A stretch of DNA of 64,000 bases from Mytilus californianus (taxonomy: Eukaryota): the NCBI RefSeq assembly GCF_021869535.1, contig NW_026262669.1, forward strand, positions 9,982,001 through 10,046,000, read 5' to 3'. Below are positions 25,769 through 40,974 of the stretch, piece by piece (within the stretch, counting starts at the first letter, position 1; each line of letters starts with the position of its first letter). Position numbers and translations under genes: made by a program. The notes under the pieces are model-generated. The model was not told where the DNA came from. It made no database searches and worked only from the letters and a program-made list of their open reading frames with translations.

Positions 25769-28700
25769 AAACGAAAAACGAAAAACACTTATGAATCACA
25801 TCAACAAATGACAACCACTGAACATCAGGTTCCTGACTTAAGACAGTTGCAAACAAATGCAGCGGGTTTAAACGTTTTAATAGGTACCAACTTTCACAAT
25901 TACCTGAAACAATAGTGTAACATCACAACAAAGAAAGACACACTATAACATATCAATTGAATGGGCTTAACTCAATCAAAAGACATATTAACACACTCTA
26001 GTGAACATACACTGAACAAATAAATTTGATCTATGACACAATGTAAATACAAAATCGATAAAATAAGGTGTGAGATGTTTAAAAATTTCAGAAAGACAAC
26101 CATAACCTTGAACAAAATGCCGCCAGATTGAATAATGTACACAGGTAAATCAATATACGTTGACAATACCAAACACTTATCAAAGCTGGTATATATTTAA
26201 AAGAGAGAGACGCCAGATATAACACTAAATAAGTAAACATTAAATAACACAAAAGAAATAAAATTGTATCAACAGTTCAAATTGACACCACGAACGTGTG
26301 ATATAAGAGTACTCGCAGTTACTGAACGCTAGTTAAAAGCCAAAAATAATAAATAATAATACCAAAACCATTATATCTGCATTTGTAATCAGTGTTGCGT
26401 GAATTTGTCTGAATCATTGTCATTAATTTGTGAATTGGTGATAATTCATTATTAGAGAAGTGTGAATTTATCATCAGAAAAGTGAAAGGTCATGTTGATT
26501 CATCATCATTGCAGTGTGAAAGAATAACTATTCATATCAGTGAAAGTTGAATATATGAGGATTCATCATCACTGATGTGTAAGTTCATCAAGATTTGCCA
26601 TTTTCGAACTGTGAATTAACGAATTTGCATAATAAGCGATGTCGGATTGTAGTTAGTCTTGCGTGAGTTTATAAGGATTCATCAGTAGTTTATGGGGGAT
26701 TGATCAGGATTCACAATTAGTAATGAAATTCCTTAAAATTGATCGGGATTCACAGTCGGTTGTCTGTGAAATCAAAAAGGCTTCACAATTAGTGGTGCGT
26801 GAATTTAAGAGAAATCATAAGTATTGGTGAGTTAAGAGTATAATATCACAGTGGTGTGTATATCATAGGACTTTACCAATCTGATACATCAGTGACGTTA
26901 GTTTATTGAGGTCACCATCAACAACCAATAGTTTGTTGGTTTATTGAGGTTCACCATCACCATGACCAATGGTGTGTCATGTTATTGAGGTTCACCATCA
27001 CCATGACCAATGGTGTGTTAGTTTATTGAGGTATACCATGAACGACCAATATTTTGTTGGTTAATTGAGGATCACCACCACCATGACCAATGGTATGTTA
27101 GTTTATTGAGGTTCACCATCACTATCACCAAAGGTGTGTTAATTTATGAGGATTTATCATCAATAATGTTGAATTGCTGAGGATGTTTCACCAGTAAGTG
27201 TCTATATATGAGGATTTATTATAAGTCAAGTATGAATTAACGAGGATTGTTCATCAGTGAAGTGCGAATGTTAATTTCAAATTCAGTTGTGTGTGAATTT
27301 ATTATACGTTACCAGAAGAGTATAGTAAATGTTATTAGACTTTACCCAGAGTTGTGTGTGAATGTATGTGGAATTCATTAGCAGTGAGGTGTGATGTTAT
27401 GGGGATGCATACAGTGGAATGTACATGTAAAGAGATTTATTATCAGTTGTTAGTATATTTATGAGGATTCATCTACAGTGAATTTTGATTGAACTTTACA
27501 TAATTCTAAAATGACTTTAATATTATTAACATATTATTGACATACGATATCTTGTATTAATATTATCTTCATTAAATTGTTAATGGAACATGTCATCATC
27601 AAATGTTCATTAGCAAGTAGAATCAGATGCTTACAAAATAATGTTGATGTTAGAAACTTTAAGAGGTATTTCCAGAGAAAACCAGGCACAACTTGAAAAT
27701 CTTGTTCAAACAACATTTTTTGGAAAAATGTCTTGTTGCCTTGTTTGCTCTCTGTGGTGTAGGGAGATGTCATTGTTAGCAGTCACCTTGTGTAATTATG
27801 GTTAGACAATAGATTTTGATGTTTCAGTAAACTTGACTGCTTATATAGTGAATTACGGTATAATTTTCTCAACAAAAGCAGTCTACAATAAAAAAGAAAT
27901 TTACATATTCTAAAAGATGACGATGAGTGCATCAGGAAATGATAGTAGCATATCTGGTACATGTTCATATATACATTCACTTATGCATTAAATTGTCTGG
28001 AAATGGTAACTTATTTTGAACTTTTTGGTATTTAGACATACTAAAAATGATGCTCTTCAATTTGAAGACCGGTAAAGGCTGTAATGTTTTGATGTAAACA
28101 TGGTCAAAATGAACTGTTGTTGCTCATTTTGATACATATTTAAACATCCTGATATGATTAAACAATGTGTGCTGTTGGTAAATGATTTTTTTCCACAAGA
28201 AGATTATAGAAAGATATTGTAGCAGGCCTACAGATGATAATGAAATCGTAGAAACTTTGACAAAAGTATAGCATTTATTACTGAGTAATTAATAGTCATA
28301 CGTTCATGATTTTTTATGATAAAGTGGGAAATCTTACAGTCTGCACAACCTTAAAATAGTACTTGGGTTTATCATGGACTGTTGACATCAAAGAAAGATG
28401 TGAATACCATAATCCTGGACATTAAGAAAACTAGAAAAGAGAATCACTTTGAATCAATTACAACAGGAACATATGGTTCTAATTTATAATCGGCCGTAAA
28501 TGAGAGATCCGTTCCTGCAAACAAGAAGTTCTAAAGTTTAAAATTATTTCTGAGATAAATTTATCCAAAAAGAAATCATACATTTGCATTTTGGTCTCAC
28601 TGAACACGTTACGGTTTCAAATATAATCATGAAATTTGGTTTGCAATGCAATTATGTTTAGGTAGCTAAAATTAATATACATTGCCGCCTTCGAAATGTG

Positions 28701-31700
28701 TTTTATGAACATCAAGACTGTTTTATGTATGTTTGTTACAGTAGTTTCTGTATTTCTATGTCCATACCAGACAAAGGACCAACACTTATTGTAAGGGTTA
28801 CAAACATTTCTTGTCAAACAAACTTTTCCATTAATTTTTATATAAAAATGAGTTGAACAGCATCTGGTTTTTATTTCATCACTTGATGGATAAATGTCTG
28901 GTTCCAGAAAGGTACAAATTGTACATGTACAATATAACTCATCATGATCATATTAAAATTTTGAAAAAAAAATAAGGAAACATGTGCCATTTTCATGTCC
29001 CTGTGTATTGCCATTGAACACATTATACATAATACACATGTAGTACTGGTGTAACTATTGGAAATCGAATCTAGCAATGTCTAGGCTTTGCATGAAGATA
29101 CTGATGTGATAGTTAAACATGTTACACTGTATGACACAAACATTGTTAGAAAGCGCAAGAAGAGAATTAATTAAAATTATGAGCGTCAATTTTATTTTTG
29201 TCCGCAATTGTGTAATTCTTCATGTACATATTGCTTCTTAGAAAGCACATAAAATGTACATTTATTGATATTTAGATGATCCATCCATTTCAGAGGGAAA
29301 GTCTTAAAGGATGCCAATCTTATCATACACCTTTTTCCTTTTTACCCATTTTAATTCTACTTTAAACATGTTAAAAGAAATAAGTATGTGAAAAATATCA
29401 TGTAAAAATATTGAAACAGGAAAGATTAAAATGCTATGAAAATGAATGATGCTCAAGTTTCATTGAATGAGTTAAGCCACTTCATGACCAATAGTGCTGA
29501 CACGGGTCTTACTCATGATCAATCAATCAATCCATTCAGGCTTGCGGAAATTGTCGCTACAAGACCAAAATATCTCATAAAGACAAGTTATAAGTAAGGA
29601 CAGTTTAGGAGATCTGGATCATACAATAGATAAATGTTAAAAAAAAATGCATAAGTACATTAGAATTGTAAATCTGTAATGTTTCTGTCATGTTCCACAA
29701 GATCGTGAGTTTAACAGTGAATGAACATGTAGTTAGATGATAGATCGTGATATATATTGTCCATGTGTTCTTCGGCTAAGAAAATTTCGATATCTAATTT
29801 TAAATGCAAAGTTCCAAATTCAAATCCTCTTAGTTATTGTTCGATAAATGGAAAATCCCCCTTTCTATGAATACATTCCCTATTCTCCAAAATGTTAAAT
29901 CAGAACTTTTTAATTAAAAAGGAACGTATGTCAATATATATATACATAAACAATTTACCAAAGTTTCATGAAAATTGCTCAAAGCATTTTTAGTTTATAG
30001 TCAGAAAACTGGAAAATCCCCCATTTTGTTATTAATGCAATGGCATAACTTAGAAACGGAAAATCTTAAATTGATCAAAAGCAAAAAGAAGCCTACGTCA
30101 ATAAATATATACCATTCACTAAAGTTTCATGCAAATTGGAGAAAGCGTCTTTATTGTTACTGTCCGAATTGTTGACGACAGACGGACAGACAGTCGGACA
30201 ATGGTATACCATAATACGTTCTGTAAATGGGAGTATACAAATCACAGATATCACACACACACAAAAACAAAACAGAATGAGAATGTGTATGCCAGACAAG
30301 CAAGAAGGGTTTCAATATCCTCCGATATGAGTCCTGCACAAATAAGATCGAACTTGGAATACATGTGTATTGTAGTCATGTATTATATTAAATTTAAATT
30401 GATCTGATTCAAAATTCCTGAAATGGTCTTTCAGCAAAATAATTGGGTGTAATACATGTATAGCTTCAAATTACTTTTATTTCAGTTGACTGAAAAGGAT
30501 GAAAAAAAACGCATGAAACTGTAACCAATTTAAGACCCTCAAAGTGACCAATGGAAAATTTTAATATTTGTCAAGTAATGTTGTGTATAACTGGACTTGT
30601 GTCATAATTTGTATGTACATGTATCTATGATAATATTTCATTTTAATTTTGTACATGTTTGTCCCTTACAGTAATACGTTTATTGAGGGCGAAAAAAAAA
30701 CAGGAATGATCAAAATATCATTTGCCGGTAAGTATTTGTTTCATTAGAAACTTTATTGTTGATGCAATTAAAATGCCAAAGTTTGAAGCAGGTTTTATAT
30801 TTTATAAAATATAAAAGTTTGTATAAATTGTGTTGAAATTTAAAAAATCAAATTGTTAAAGGGTATGGGAAAATGGAACAATTTATATTTAAAATCTAAT
30901 AAAAGAAAAGACAAATTGACAAAATTTTATAAATATGTCCATAAAAAAAACAAGCTATATATCAATGTGATGTGTCCTTGGTATTTTTAATAGTACTTTA
31001 TTTTTTTTTTCCAAATTCTATTGATCAAATAAATAAGTAGTCTTTATGTTCAGACTGAAACCAAATATTTGTTACATTTTATGTTGCCAAGTTATCCATC
31101 AGTTATGAAATAAGGAGCTGTGAAATGATTGCCAGTGAGACAGCCATCTGCCCGACAACAGTAACTTTTTAGAGTGTATCCGGGTCATTGTGACAAATGA
31201 CAACAATCTGCTGTAGTCACACTCTGATTTGTATATGATCAAAGTGTTGAAGATACACAGAGCTTCTGGTTCAAAAGGTTTAGAAAAACTTGTTATAATG
31301 GCAGAGATTAAAATTAAAAAAAAAGATGTGACTGCAATGAGAATATTCTCCAAAAACAAAGACGTTAACAACGTTGTGTCACCGTACGGCCTTCAAGAAT
31401 GTTAAATACCCATATTGCATATAATGGTGTTGTGAAGGAGAGTAATGGCTAGATAATTTTTAGAATGTGTCGCCATCAAGTAAATCATTGTTTGCCCTCT
31501 GCATAGGATTGGGATCTAACATCCCACCCATACACTTGAATGAGATAAAGGACCAGGAAATGATTTTTATTTAGACCACATGTGAAGTTCATCAAAATCA
31601 ACTATAAAAAAAGTAACAAATCTGTAAAGAATTAAACACAAAGTATGCATTATACATGTTTTTTTCGGAAAATCTGTGATTCAACAATGTATCCTTATTA

Positions 31701-34700
31701 GGCCTTATTCATAACAATGCAGTAGAAAGTTATAATGTTCCACGATGTGTATCAATCTGTCTAATAATTAGGTAGACACTGGTTTATAAATGAACACATT
31801 GGTGTCAGTGCTCTTCACTAAAGTTGCCCTTGGTTAAAGGGTCTGAAATTTCAATCTCCCTTCCCAGAATGGACCACAAGGGTTAATATCGTTGATGTTG
31901 TTAGAATGAAAATATATACCAGTCGACTGGTATGCGTATAAAATTGTGTTTATAGCGGACAATGTATAACGCATATCATTCGACTTGCATATAGTTCCAT
32001 CCCAAAAACATCAATGACACGAACCCATGTGAATGCACAAGATATATGGTCATGACACATGTCAGTTCAAAATATACCATGTTAAATGGTGGGTATCTAA
32101 ACAAATGTCCATATAATTAAGGAGATGAGGGGTAGGGGTTTGACACCAAGCGAACAAAATTAATTGCAGACTGAAACAGAATAGTCATTGCAAATAAGAA
32201 TGTATACAGTTTAAAATTGAGGATGAGAATAGTTTTCAAGATCTTTTATGTTTAACAGTTAATGATATATCTGGAGCGAGGGATGTCACTGAGGGACAAC
32301 ACTACGATGAACTAGAAAGGTTTTATCAAGGCAAATCAGACTATGGATGGTTTAGGAAGGAGATTTGTACCATTTCATTTAGAGATATTCACTTTTTTAT
32401 TTCATTAGGGGTCGGGACATGATCTGAAGGTACACATTTGTGTTTGCATTGGAATGATCTTGTCTTGTCATGGCTAGCAAGAACAGTATATTTGTCTGCA
32501 GCATTTCCTGAAATGGCAAAAATTAAACTTGTATATTTGTGGATTGTTCAACAATCACAATGATTAATGGATGCAATAATTTCTGAAATCAATGTTGACC
32601 TTGAATGATCAAGGTCAAAATTTTTCTTCTATGGAACCCAACACATTAGCTTGAGGTTCTACATCCATAAGCCAAATATTAAAAGTTGATGTCAAAAGAT
32701 GAACAAGCTGCCTTCCAGATACAAACCTGTAAGACTAATGACCAACTGGCCCATTAAATGAGAATCTTTGTCCATTGTCTAACATGATTGAGTACTATCA
32801 TGGTAAAGATATGCGCAACCAACAGAAACACACTGTTTTGTGAGCAAGATACACAGTCTTGGGTGCTACGGCAACCAAATAATTATAGTGGAGAAGTGAC
32901 AACATTTTTCTTTATTAGGATATATACAATAAAAATTCAAAATAAATGGTGTTATGCAATTTAATTTATATACTATCATTGCAGTTTGCCTAAGCAAAGT
33001 TTTTCTCATATCCTACAATTTTCACGATTTTTTGCATTATTTAACCTTCTTTTTTTGCAAAATTGTTTGAACACTAACATAGATCTACACTGATATCTAG
33101 GTAGTATACTTCAGAAATTATTGCATGCATTTATTATTGAATTTTTTGAAGAATGGACATAAATTCGAGACTTATTATTGCAATTTCTGGAAAATATACA
33201 TACAGATATATGTATCAGATATCCGAATGCGAGTTCTTAATATTGCAATACTCACCCAAGTCGCATTATTTGCCATCATAAAAACCTCGCAATAATTTCT
33301 GAATGTACAGTAGTCATAAGTGATGTTTTCTTCCAGTGATAGACAATTTAAAACTGATACAAACTGGCTTTGTTGCCATATATTTCATTAGAAATTCGCC
33401 GTTATTATTATATATATTATATATTCCAAATCAGTATTTTCTTGGGAAAAATTTGTTGATTATATGATGAATCACTGAAGCATCCCCTCTTATGGCAGTC
33501 AGTGCCCCCAACCCCCCCTTATAAAATGTTCCGGATCCGCCACTGACGATGAGATACGTAAAAATAAGATCCAACTTTATATAATTCCAATACATATCGC
33601 ATGTGTATATTTTCCTTTAAACCTGTTTGATAAACAATTTAATGCTGTATTGATTCAGAATCAGAAAACCGTTACTTAATGAATATGATAAAGTGTGAAT
33701 TTATCTTCAGTCGTGTTAGAATTCATCAGGTGTCATCATCAGCGATGTATGAACTAAAAGGGGTTCACCTTCAGAGATGAGTGAATATGTGAGGCTTCAA
33801 AATGAATATTGTATGAACTTATGAGGAATCGTCATCCTTGGAGTGTAAATAAATGGGATTTTATGATGCACTGTTATCATCAGTGATTTGTGAATTTGTG
33901 AAAAATCATCATTAATGAATTTGAATTGATTAGAATTCAGAATCAGTGAATTGTAAATTTATGATGATTCATCATTTATCAACAATGAATCTAAGAGTAT
34001 TAGTCATAGGTGAATAACATTAAATAAAAATTTTAGTGAAGTGTGCGGGTTTAATCATTCATCGTAGGGATGTTGGTAATCTATATCAATTGTAAATGAA
34101 TTATGAGGGATTCACCATCAAAGGTGTGTGAACTTATGAAGATTCGTAATCCGTATTATATGAATGTGTGTGGATTCATGATCAGTGGAGGGTATATCAA
34201 TCCTGTTTTGTCATTTTTGAAGTGCAAATGTATTAGAAACCTTTAACAGCGAAATGTAAAGTTATGACGATACACCATCAGTGAAGTGTAAATTGATGAT
34301 GCGTAGTGGATGATCAGTGGCATTTGTATGCATATGTCATCGTCTTTAGTTGTGAGTGAAATAATAAACATTCATCATAGGTGGGGTGTGGTCTTCAACA
34401 TAAGTGTAATATGAGATAAGAACTCAATGTTGTGAAAACTGATCTAAGATACCATTCTTATAATGTACTACGCCACACACACACACACGCGTTATCCATA
34501 GTCTGTGACACTTTTATTTCAGAAAAGGTTTGTTATTCTGTTTTATTATCTGAAAACACAACCAGTGACGTGTTGGGTTAGGTTTTCTATGAATTTAGTT
34601 TTCAAATAAGTGTCTATTTGTCTTTCTTTTTTTTTTATTGTTATTTGGGTGATAGTTGTACAATTTATATCCAGTGGTGTGTAAACCAATGATGATGAAT

Positions 34701-34949
34701 CATCACTTAAATGAAAATTGATGAAGATATATCAGAATCTATCATTGGTGGTCTGCGAATTTATGAGGATTCATTATCATCACTAAATGGTGAATTAGTG
34801 ATAATTCATACTTTGTGAGGGGTATAGTAATGAGGTTTCTTCATCAGTAAAGTGTAACGTTATGAGGACTCATCTTTCATGGCGATTTAAAGTCTTACAA
34901 ATATTTGCTTTTGTCCATTAAACAACATTACTTTATGTTATTTCAGTAT

Positions 34950-35690
34950 GAAGTGTATTAGGATCAAACTGAGCAGATACTATCAGATTATTACATGGCA
35001 TTTTTCATATCAGATGTATCATCAGCCCGAGGTTCAATATCAGTCCAAGAACCGATGCTCGAGGGCTGATATTAACCGAGGGCTGATAATACATCTGATA
35101 TGAAAAATGACATGTTATGATCTTTTTATCAGATGCTTCAACAATGGAAAAAAATCAACAGTTAAACATATTGATCCTTTTCAGTAGTTCTCAAGTAGAA
35201 GTTCAAAATCTGAGAATTTTACGGACGTCGGACACCAAATGTAATACATCCGATATGAAATCTTTCTATCATATGCCTTAACAGAGGAGAAAAACAACAG
35301 TATAATACATTTTTATATTGACGATAACAAAAATCAACAAAACATAATAGATACTGTTTGGAAAGTCAACATATATAAAGTAACTTTCTAAATTATGCTG
35401 GAAACTTTGAAAAATGCATTTATTGTCTCACTCAACTGTTGCATATTACATGATATAAAAAGTAAAATAACTTTCCTGTTTCCTAATAATTGTTTTGTAC
35501 AATTGAAATGTTGTTCACTGAAAACGTACCATTGAGGTGTATTTTCCGGCATTTGCCGAGTAACGCCGGAATGCCATGCGATAACGTTACGGAAAGGCAT
35601 GTGATAATCGTCGGAAGCATGTGATAAATTTGTCATATCAGCCCGCTAAACACCATTTCTGAAAATATGAAATTCACGTAAATGTTATTA
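34950..35690. mobile_element. Non-autonomous element with a long terminal hairpin
   Basis: 34992-35028 pairs with 35080-35116 (3 mismatches), with a nested inner inverted repeat. It lies between the satellite and the ANK exon. Boundaries are approximate. Confidence 0.5.
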
Positions 35691-35747
35691 TCATACTGTA
35701 AAAATATAAGTTATTTAGTTTAAGTATATGATAATATCTATTATTAC

Positions 35748-35846
35748 CTTATTTCTTGTTTCTCTATCACAGTCTACTGAAACAAGGAATGTGACGATCT
35801 CCAGGTGTCCAAAGTAGGCAGCATTTGATAATGGTGTATCTCTATC
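35748..35846 (-). CDS. Ankyrin-repeat protein, 99-nt single-repeat exon
   Basis: ttgatatttcag|...|gtaataat, exactly 33 codons: DRDTPLSNAAYFGHLEIVTFLVSVDCDRETRNK (canonical TPLxxAAxxGHLEIV). Confidence 0.92.
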
Positions 35847-36329
35847 CTGAAATATCAACATAAAACCGACATCAAAACTTGGAACATTAACTGGACAACG
35901 GTGTGTAATAAGCATGAATACATTAATCATCAGATCAATCATTGGTCAAAGATGTCCAGTCACACATTTATCTGTATTCTACACACACCACAAATAAGCA
36001 ACATGGACATCAAAACTCTCATTATAAATAACATTTTTTTAAAGAAATGTATAGCATGTCCATATTAATGAATTTATAACGATAACGATAAGACAAGTAA
36101 CCTGAGAACCCACTATACTATATATTATTATATCAACTTGTTTATATTTTATCTAACTTGTCTTATTAAGATCATGCTTACATGCTTATTTAGTAAAATA
36201 ATCAATGTTTAAAAAAAATAAGTTTCAAAGATGTATACAAGCATTGCATATTTTTGCGTGAATTTGAGTGAGCTTTACTATCAGTTTTTCTCCATTTCAA
36301 AGGGGGTCAGATTTACAAGTATCATAATT

Positions 36330-39300
36330 CGAATAAATGAGGATTCATCATCAGAAAAGTGTAAATCTATGAGGATTCATCATCAGAAAAGTGTAAATCT
36401 ATGAGGGTTCACCATCAGAAAAGTGTAAATCTATGAGGATTCATCATCAAAAAAGTGTAAATCTATGAGGATTCATCATCAGAAAAGTGTAAATATATGA
36501 GGATTCATCATCAAAAAAGTGTAAATATATGAGGATTTATCATCAGTGGTGTATGAATTTATAAGGATGCAATATCAGTGAAGTGTAATTGTTTTTTATT
36601 TGAATTAAGTGGTGTTTGAATTCAAAGGGGATCACCATCAATAGCGTATGATGTTTTGAGGATTCATAATAAATACTGGGAATGTTTCATCAGTGAAGTG
36701 TAATTAAATGAGGATCCATCATCAATAGTGTGTGAATTTATGAGGATGAATTATTGTGAAGTGTGGATTTATTACGATTCATCTTCAATGATGTTGAAAT
36801 TGAAAAGGTGTTTTTTAATAAATGGTGCGCGAATGTATCATGTATCAACATCAGGGGTGTTTATATCTATCAGGATCCATTATCAGAGGTGTATGAATGT
36901 TTAAGGATTCATTATCAGAGTTGTTTGATTTTTTAAGGATTGATCATAACTTGCGTGTGTATTGATCAGGGTAAATCACCAGTAAAGTGATATTGTATCA
37001 GGGTTTATCTTCAGTAAAGTGTGAATGAATGAGGATCAATCATCAGTGAAGTGGATATTTTAAGATTTTAAAGTAGTGGTGTTTGGAGTGATGGGGACTA
37101 AATAATCATCAATGGTGTGTGAATTTGTCAGGATTCATCTTTAGTGGTGTTTGGAGTGATGAGGACTAAATGATCATCAATGGTGTGTAAATTTGTCAGG
37201 ATTCATCTTTAGTGGTGTTTGGAGTGATGAGGACTAAATGATCATCAATGGTGTGTGATTTTGTCAGGATTCATCTTTAGTGGTGTTTGAAGTGATGAGG
37301 ACTAAATGATCATCAATGGTGTGTGAATTTGTCAGGAATTCATCTTTAGTGATGTTGGAGTGATGAGGACTAAATAATCATCAATGGTGTGTGAATTTGT
37401 CAGGATTCATCTTTAGTGGTGTTTGGAGTGCTGAGGACTACATAATCATCAATGGTGTGTGAATTTGTCAGGATTCATCTTTAGTGGTGTTTTGAGTGAT
37501 GAGGACTACATAATCATCAATGGTGTGTGAATGTGTCAGGATTCATCTTTAGTGGTGTTTGGAGTGATGAGGACTAAATAATCATCAATGGTGTGTGAAT
37601 TTGTCAGGATTCATCTTTAGTGGTGTTTGGAGTGATGAGGACTAAATAATCACCAATGGTGTGTGAATTTGTCAGGATTCATCTTTAGTGGTGTTTGGAG
37701 TGATGAGGACTAAATAATCATCAATGGTGTGTGGATTTGTCAGGATTCATCTTTAGTGGTGTTTGGAGTGATGAGGACTAAATGATCATCAATGGTGTGT
37801 GAATTTGTCAGGATTCATCTGTATTGGTGTTTGGAGTGATGAGGACTAAATGATCATCAATGGTGTGTGAATTTGTCAGGATTCATCTTTACTGGTGTTT
37901 GGAGTGATGAGGACTAAATACTCATCAATGGTGTGTGAATTTGTCAGGATTCATCTTTACTGGTGTTTGGAGTGATGAGGACTAAATAATCTTCAATGAT
38001 GTGTGAATTTGTCAGGATTCATCTTTAGTGGTGTTTGGAGTGATGAGGACTAAATAATCATTAATGATGTGTGTATTTGTCAGGATTCATCTTTAGTGGT
38101 GTTTGGAGTGATGAGGACTAAATAATCATCAATGGTGTGTGAATTTGTCAGGATTCATCTTTAGTGGTGTTTGGAGTGATGAGGACTAAATAATCATCAA
38201 TGGTGTGTAAATTTGCCAGGATTCATCTTTAGTGGTGTTTGGAGTGATGAGGACTAAATAATCATCAATGGTGTGTGAATTTGGCAGGATTCATCTTTAG
38301 TGGTGTTTGGAGTGATGAGGACTAAATAATCATCAATGGTGTGTGAATTTGTCAGGATTCATCTTTAGTGGTGTTTGGAGTGATGAGGACTAAATAATCA
38401 TCAATGGTGTGTGAATTTGTCAGGATTCATCTTTAGTGGTGTTTGGAGTGATGAGGACTAAATAATCTTCAATGGTGTGTGAATTTGTCAGGATTCGTCT
38501 TTAGTGGTGTTTGGAGTGATGAGGACTAAATAATCATCAATGGTGTGTGAATTTGTCAGGATTCATTTTTAGTGGTGTTTGGAGTGATGAGGACTAAATG
38601 ATCATCAATGGTGTGTGAATTTGTCAGGATTCATCTTTAGTGGTGTTTGGAGTGATGAGGACTAAATAATCATCAATGGTGTGTGAATTTGTCAGGATTC
38701 ATCTTTAGTAGTGTTTGGAGTGATGAGGAGTAAATAATCATCAATGGTGTGTGAATTTGTCAGGATTCATCTTTAGTGGTGTTTGGAGTGATGAGGACTA
38801 AATACTCATCAATGATGTGTGAATTTGTCAGAATTCATCTTTAGTGGTGTTTGGAGTGATGAGGACTAAATAATCATCAATGGTGTGTGAATTTGTCAGA
38901 ATTCATCTTTAGTGGTGTTTGGAGTGATGAGGACTATATAATCATCAATGGTGTCTGAATTTGTCAGGATTCATCTTTAGTGGTGTTTGGAGTGATGAGG
39001 ACTAAATAATCATCAATGGTGTGTGAATTTGTCAGGATTCATCTTTAGTGGTGTTTGGAGTGATGAGGACTAAATAATCATCAATGGTGTGTGAATTTGT
39101 CAGGATTCATCTTTAGTGGTGTTTGGAGTGATGAGGACTAAATAATCATCAATGGTGTATGAATTTGTCAGGATTCATTTTTAGTGGTGTTTGGAGTGAT
39201 GAGGACTAAATAATCATCAATGGTGTGTGAATTTGTCAGGATTCATCTTTAGTGGTGTTTGGAGTGATGAGGACTAAATAATCTTCAATGGTGTGTGAAT

Positions 39301-40480
39301 TTGTCAGGATTCATGTTTAGTGGTGTTTGGAGTGATGAGGACTAAATAATCATCAATGGTGTGTGAATTTGTCAGGATTCATCTGTAGTGGTGTTTGAAT
39401 TGATGAAGTTGGATGGAATTCATGAACAGTCTTCATCACAGAGTCCAACATCAGGGAGTCCAACATCAGGGATGTATGAATTTATGATGATTCATATTCA
39501 GTATTTTATGAATGGATGAATATTTATCATCAGTGGAGTGTAAATTGATGAGTTTTGTTTTCATAGTGAAGAGTAAATGTATGAGTTATCATCATGACTG
39601 GTGTTTAAATCGAAAAACAAAATCATCTCTAGTAGTGTGTGAATTTATAAGGATCAGTCATCAGGGATGTGTGTTATAGTCAGGATGCATCATCAGGAAT
39701 TGTTAGTTAATTAGATTTCATTAACAGTTATGGGTTAATGTTATAAGGGTTCATCAGTAAAGTGAAAATTCATCATAATGCATCATCATTGGTTTGATAA
39801 TTTATAGGGCTTCACCATCAGAATTATTTAAATTTAGATGGTGATGTTTGAATGTATGGCGATTCAACTTCAGGGAAGTGTGATGTTATGATGTTCATCA
39901 TCAGCGGTTTGGGAATTGATAGGGCTTCACAATCAGAGGTCTTTGATTTGAAATGGTGATGTGTGAATGTACATGTATGACAACTCACCTTCAGGAAAGT
40001 GTGTTTTTATAAAGTTCATCATCAGTGGTGTGTGAATTTATAGGGCTTCGCCATTAGATGTCTTTGATTTGTAATGGTAATGTTTCAATATATGACGTTT
40101 CACGTTCAGGGAAGTGTAGTGTTATGAGGTTCATCATCAGTGGTTTGGGAATTGATAGGGCTTCACCACCAGAGGTCTTTGATTTTAAATGGTGATGTAT
40201 GAATGTTTTGACGATTCATCTGCAGGGAAGTATGATGGTCTGAGGTTCATCTTCAGTGGTGTTGTTTGTTTATTTATAAGGCTTCACCGTCAGAGGTCTA
40301 CGTTTTTAAATGAAAATGAATGTATGACGATTCATCTCCAGGGAAGTGTGATTTACTGAGGTTCATCTTCAGTGGTTTGTGAATTGATGAACATTCATCA
40401 TCAGTGATGTGTGCATGTAAAGGCCTTTACAATTAGCTAAATGTTAATTGATGAACATTCATCATACGAAGTAGGTAGGG
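36330..40480. repeat. ~32-bp-derived minisatellite domain; degenerate tracts also at 1-240, 14500-16460, 22760-23400, 26380-27480 and 33680-34900
   Basis: Recurrent ATGAGGATTCATCATCAGTGGTGTGTGAATTT-like units, with a near-perfect 32-mer run at 36338-36545. Confidence 0.85.
37073..39395. repeat. Homogeneous 68-bp tandem repeat, ~34 copies
   Basis: Unit TTAGTGGTGTTTGGAGTGATGAGGACTAAATAATCATCAATGGTGTGTGAATTTGTCAGGATTCATCT; 37141, 38161 and 39181 are each 1020 nt (15 x 68) apart. Confidence 0.97.
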
Positions 40481-40974
40481 CTTCAATATCAGTGAAAATC
40501 ATAGGCCTTGTGAAAACTGATCAAAGATAACGGTCTTAGAATTTACCATGCCAGATACACACTGTATCTAGAATATGTGAAATTGTCATTTAAAATGTTT
40601 AAGAAAATGTTTGTTATTGGGATTTTTTTTTCTTCAGAAAACACCCATTTTTTTCTTAGTGCTTTTATATCTTTATTTCAAAGAATTGTTTAGTGACTTT
40701 GTAAGTCTTTTCTTTGTTTTTGCCATGGCGGTGTCAGTTTCTATCGACTACTGAGTTTCGAATACTTCCTTTATATATTCCTTCTTTTTTAAGAGTTCAC
40801 TTTTTTCCAGAGATAGATTACTTATTGACAAGATCAATTTTTTTTTCTATTTATAACCATAGATAATAAATTTAAACCTATTTTGTGGATGGAATGACTA
40901 GCATTTTGTGGTGAGTTCTAATTTCATATGTCTTATAATATCTGTATTTATATGGTGTCTGTGTCCTCACTTAC

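Larger units (their letters stand above)
255..33450. repeat. Four diverged copies of a 4.5-6 kb intronic cassette: ~255-4870, ~4905-9960, ~16545-20930, ~27490-33450
   Basis: Collinear anchors in all copies: aactttgacaaa, tatcatggactgt / atcatgaactgt, atacattgccgcctt, aagacaagttataag. Several other anchors are shared by three copies. Confidence 0.9.

Noticed and set aside
36338-39395. CUGAUGA plus a small stem on the minus strand of the 32-bp repeat, suggesting a hammerhead; the arrays also superficially resemble CRISPR
   Set aside because: There is no GAAA or stem III after the stem. The units are head-to-tail with no unique spacers, and the context is eukaryotic with no cas genes.
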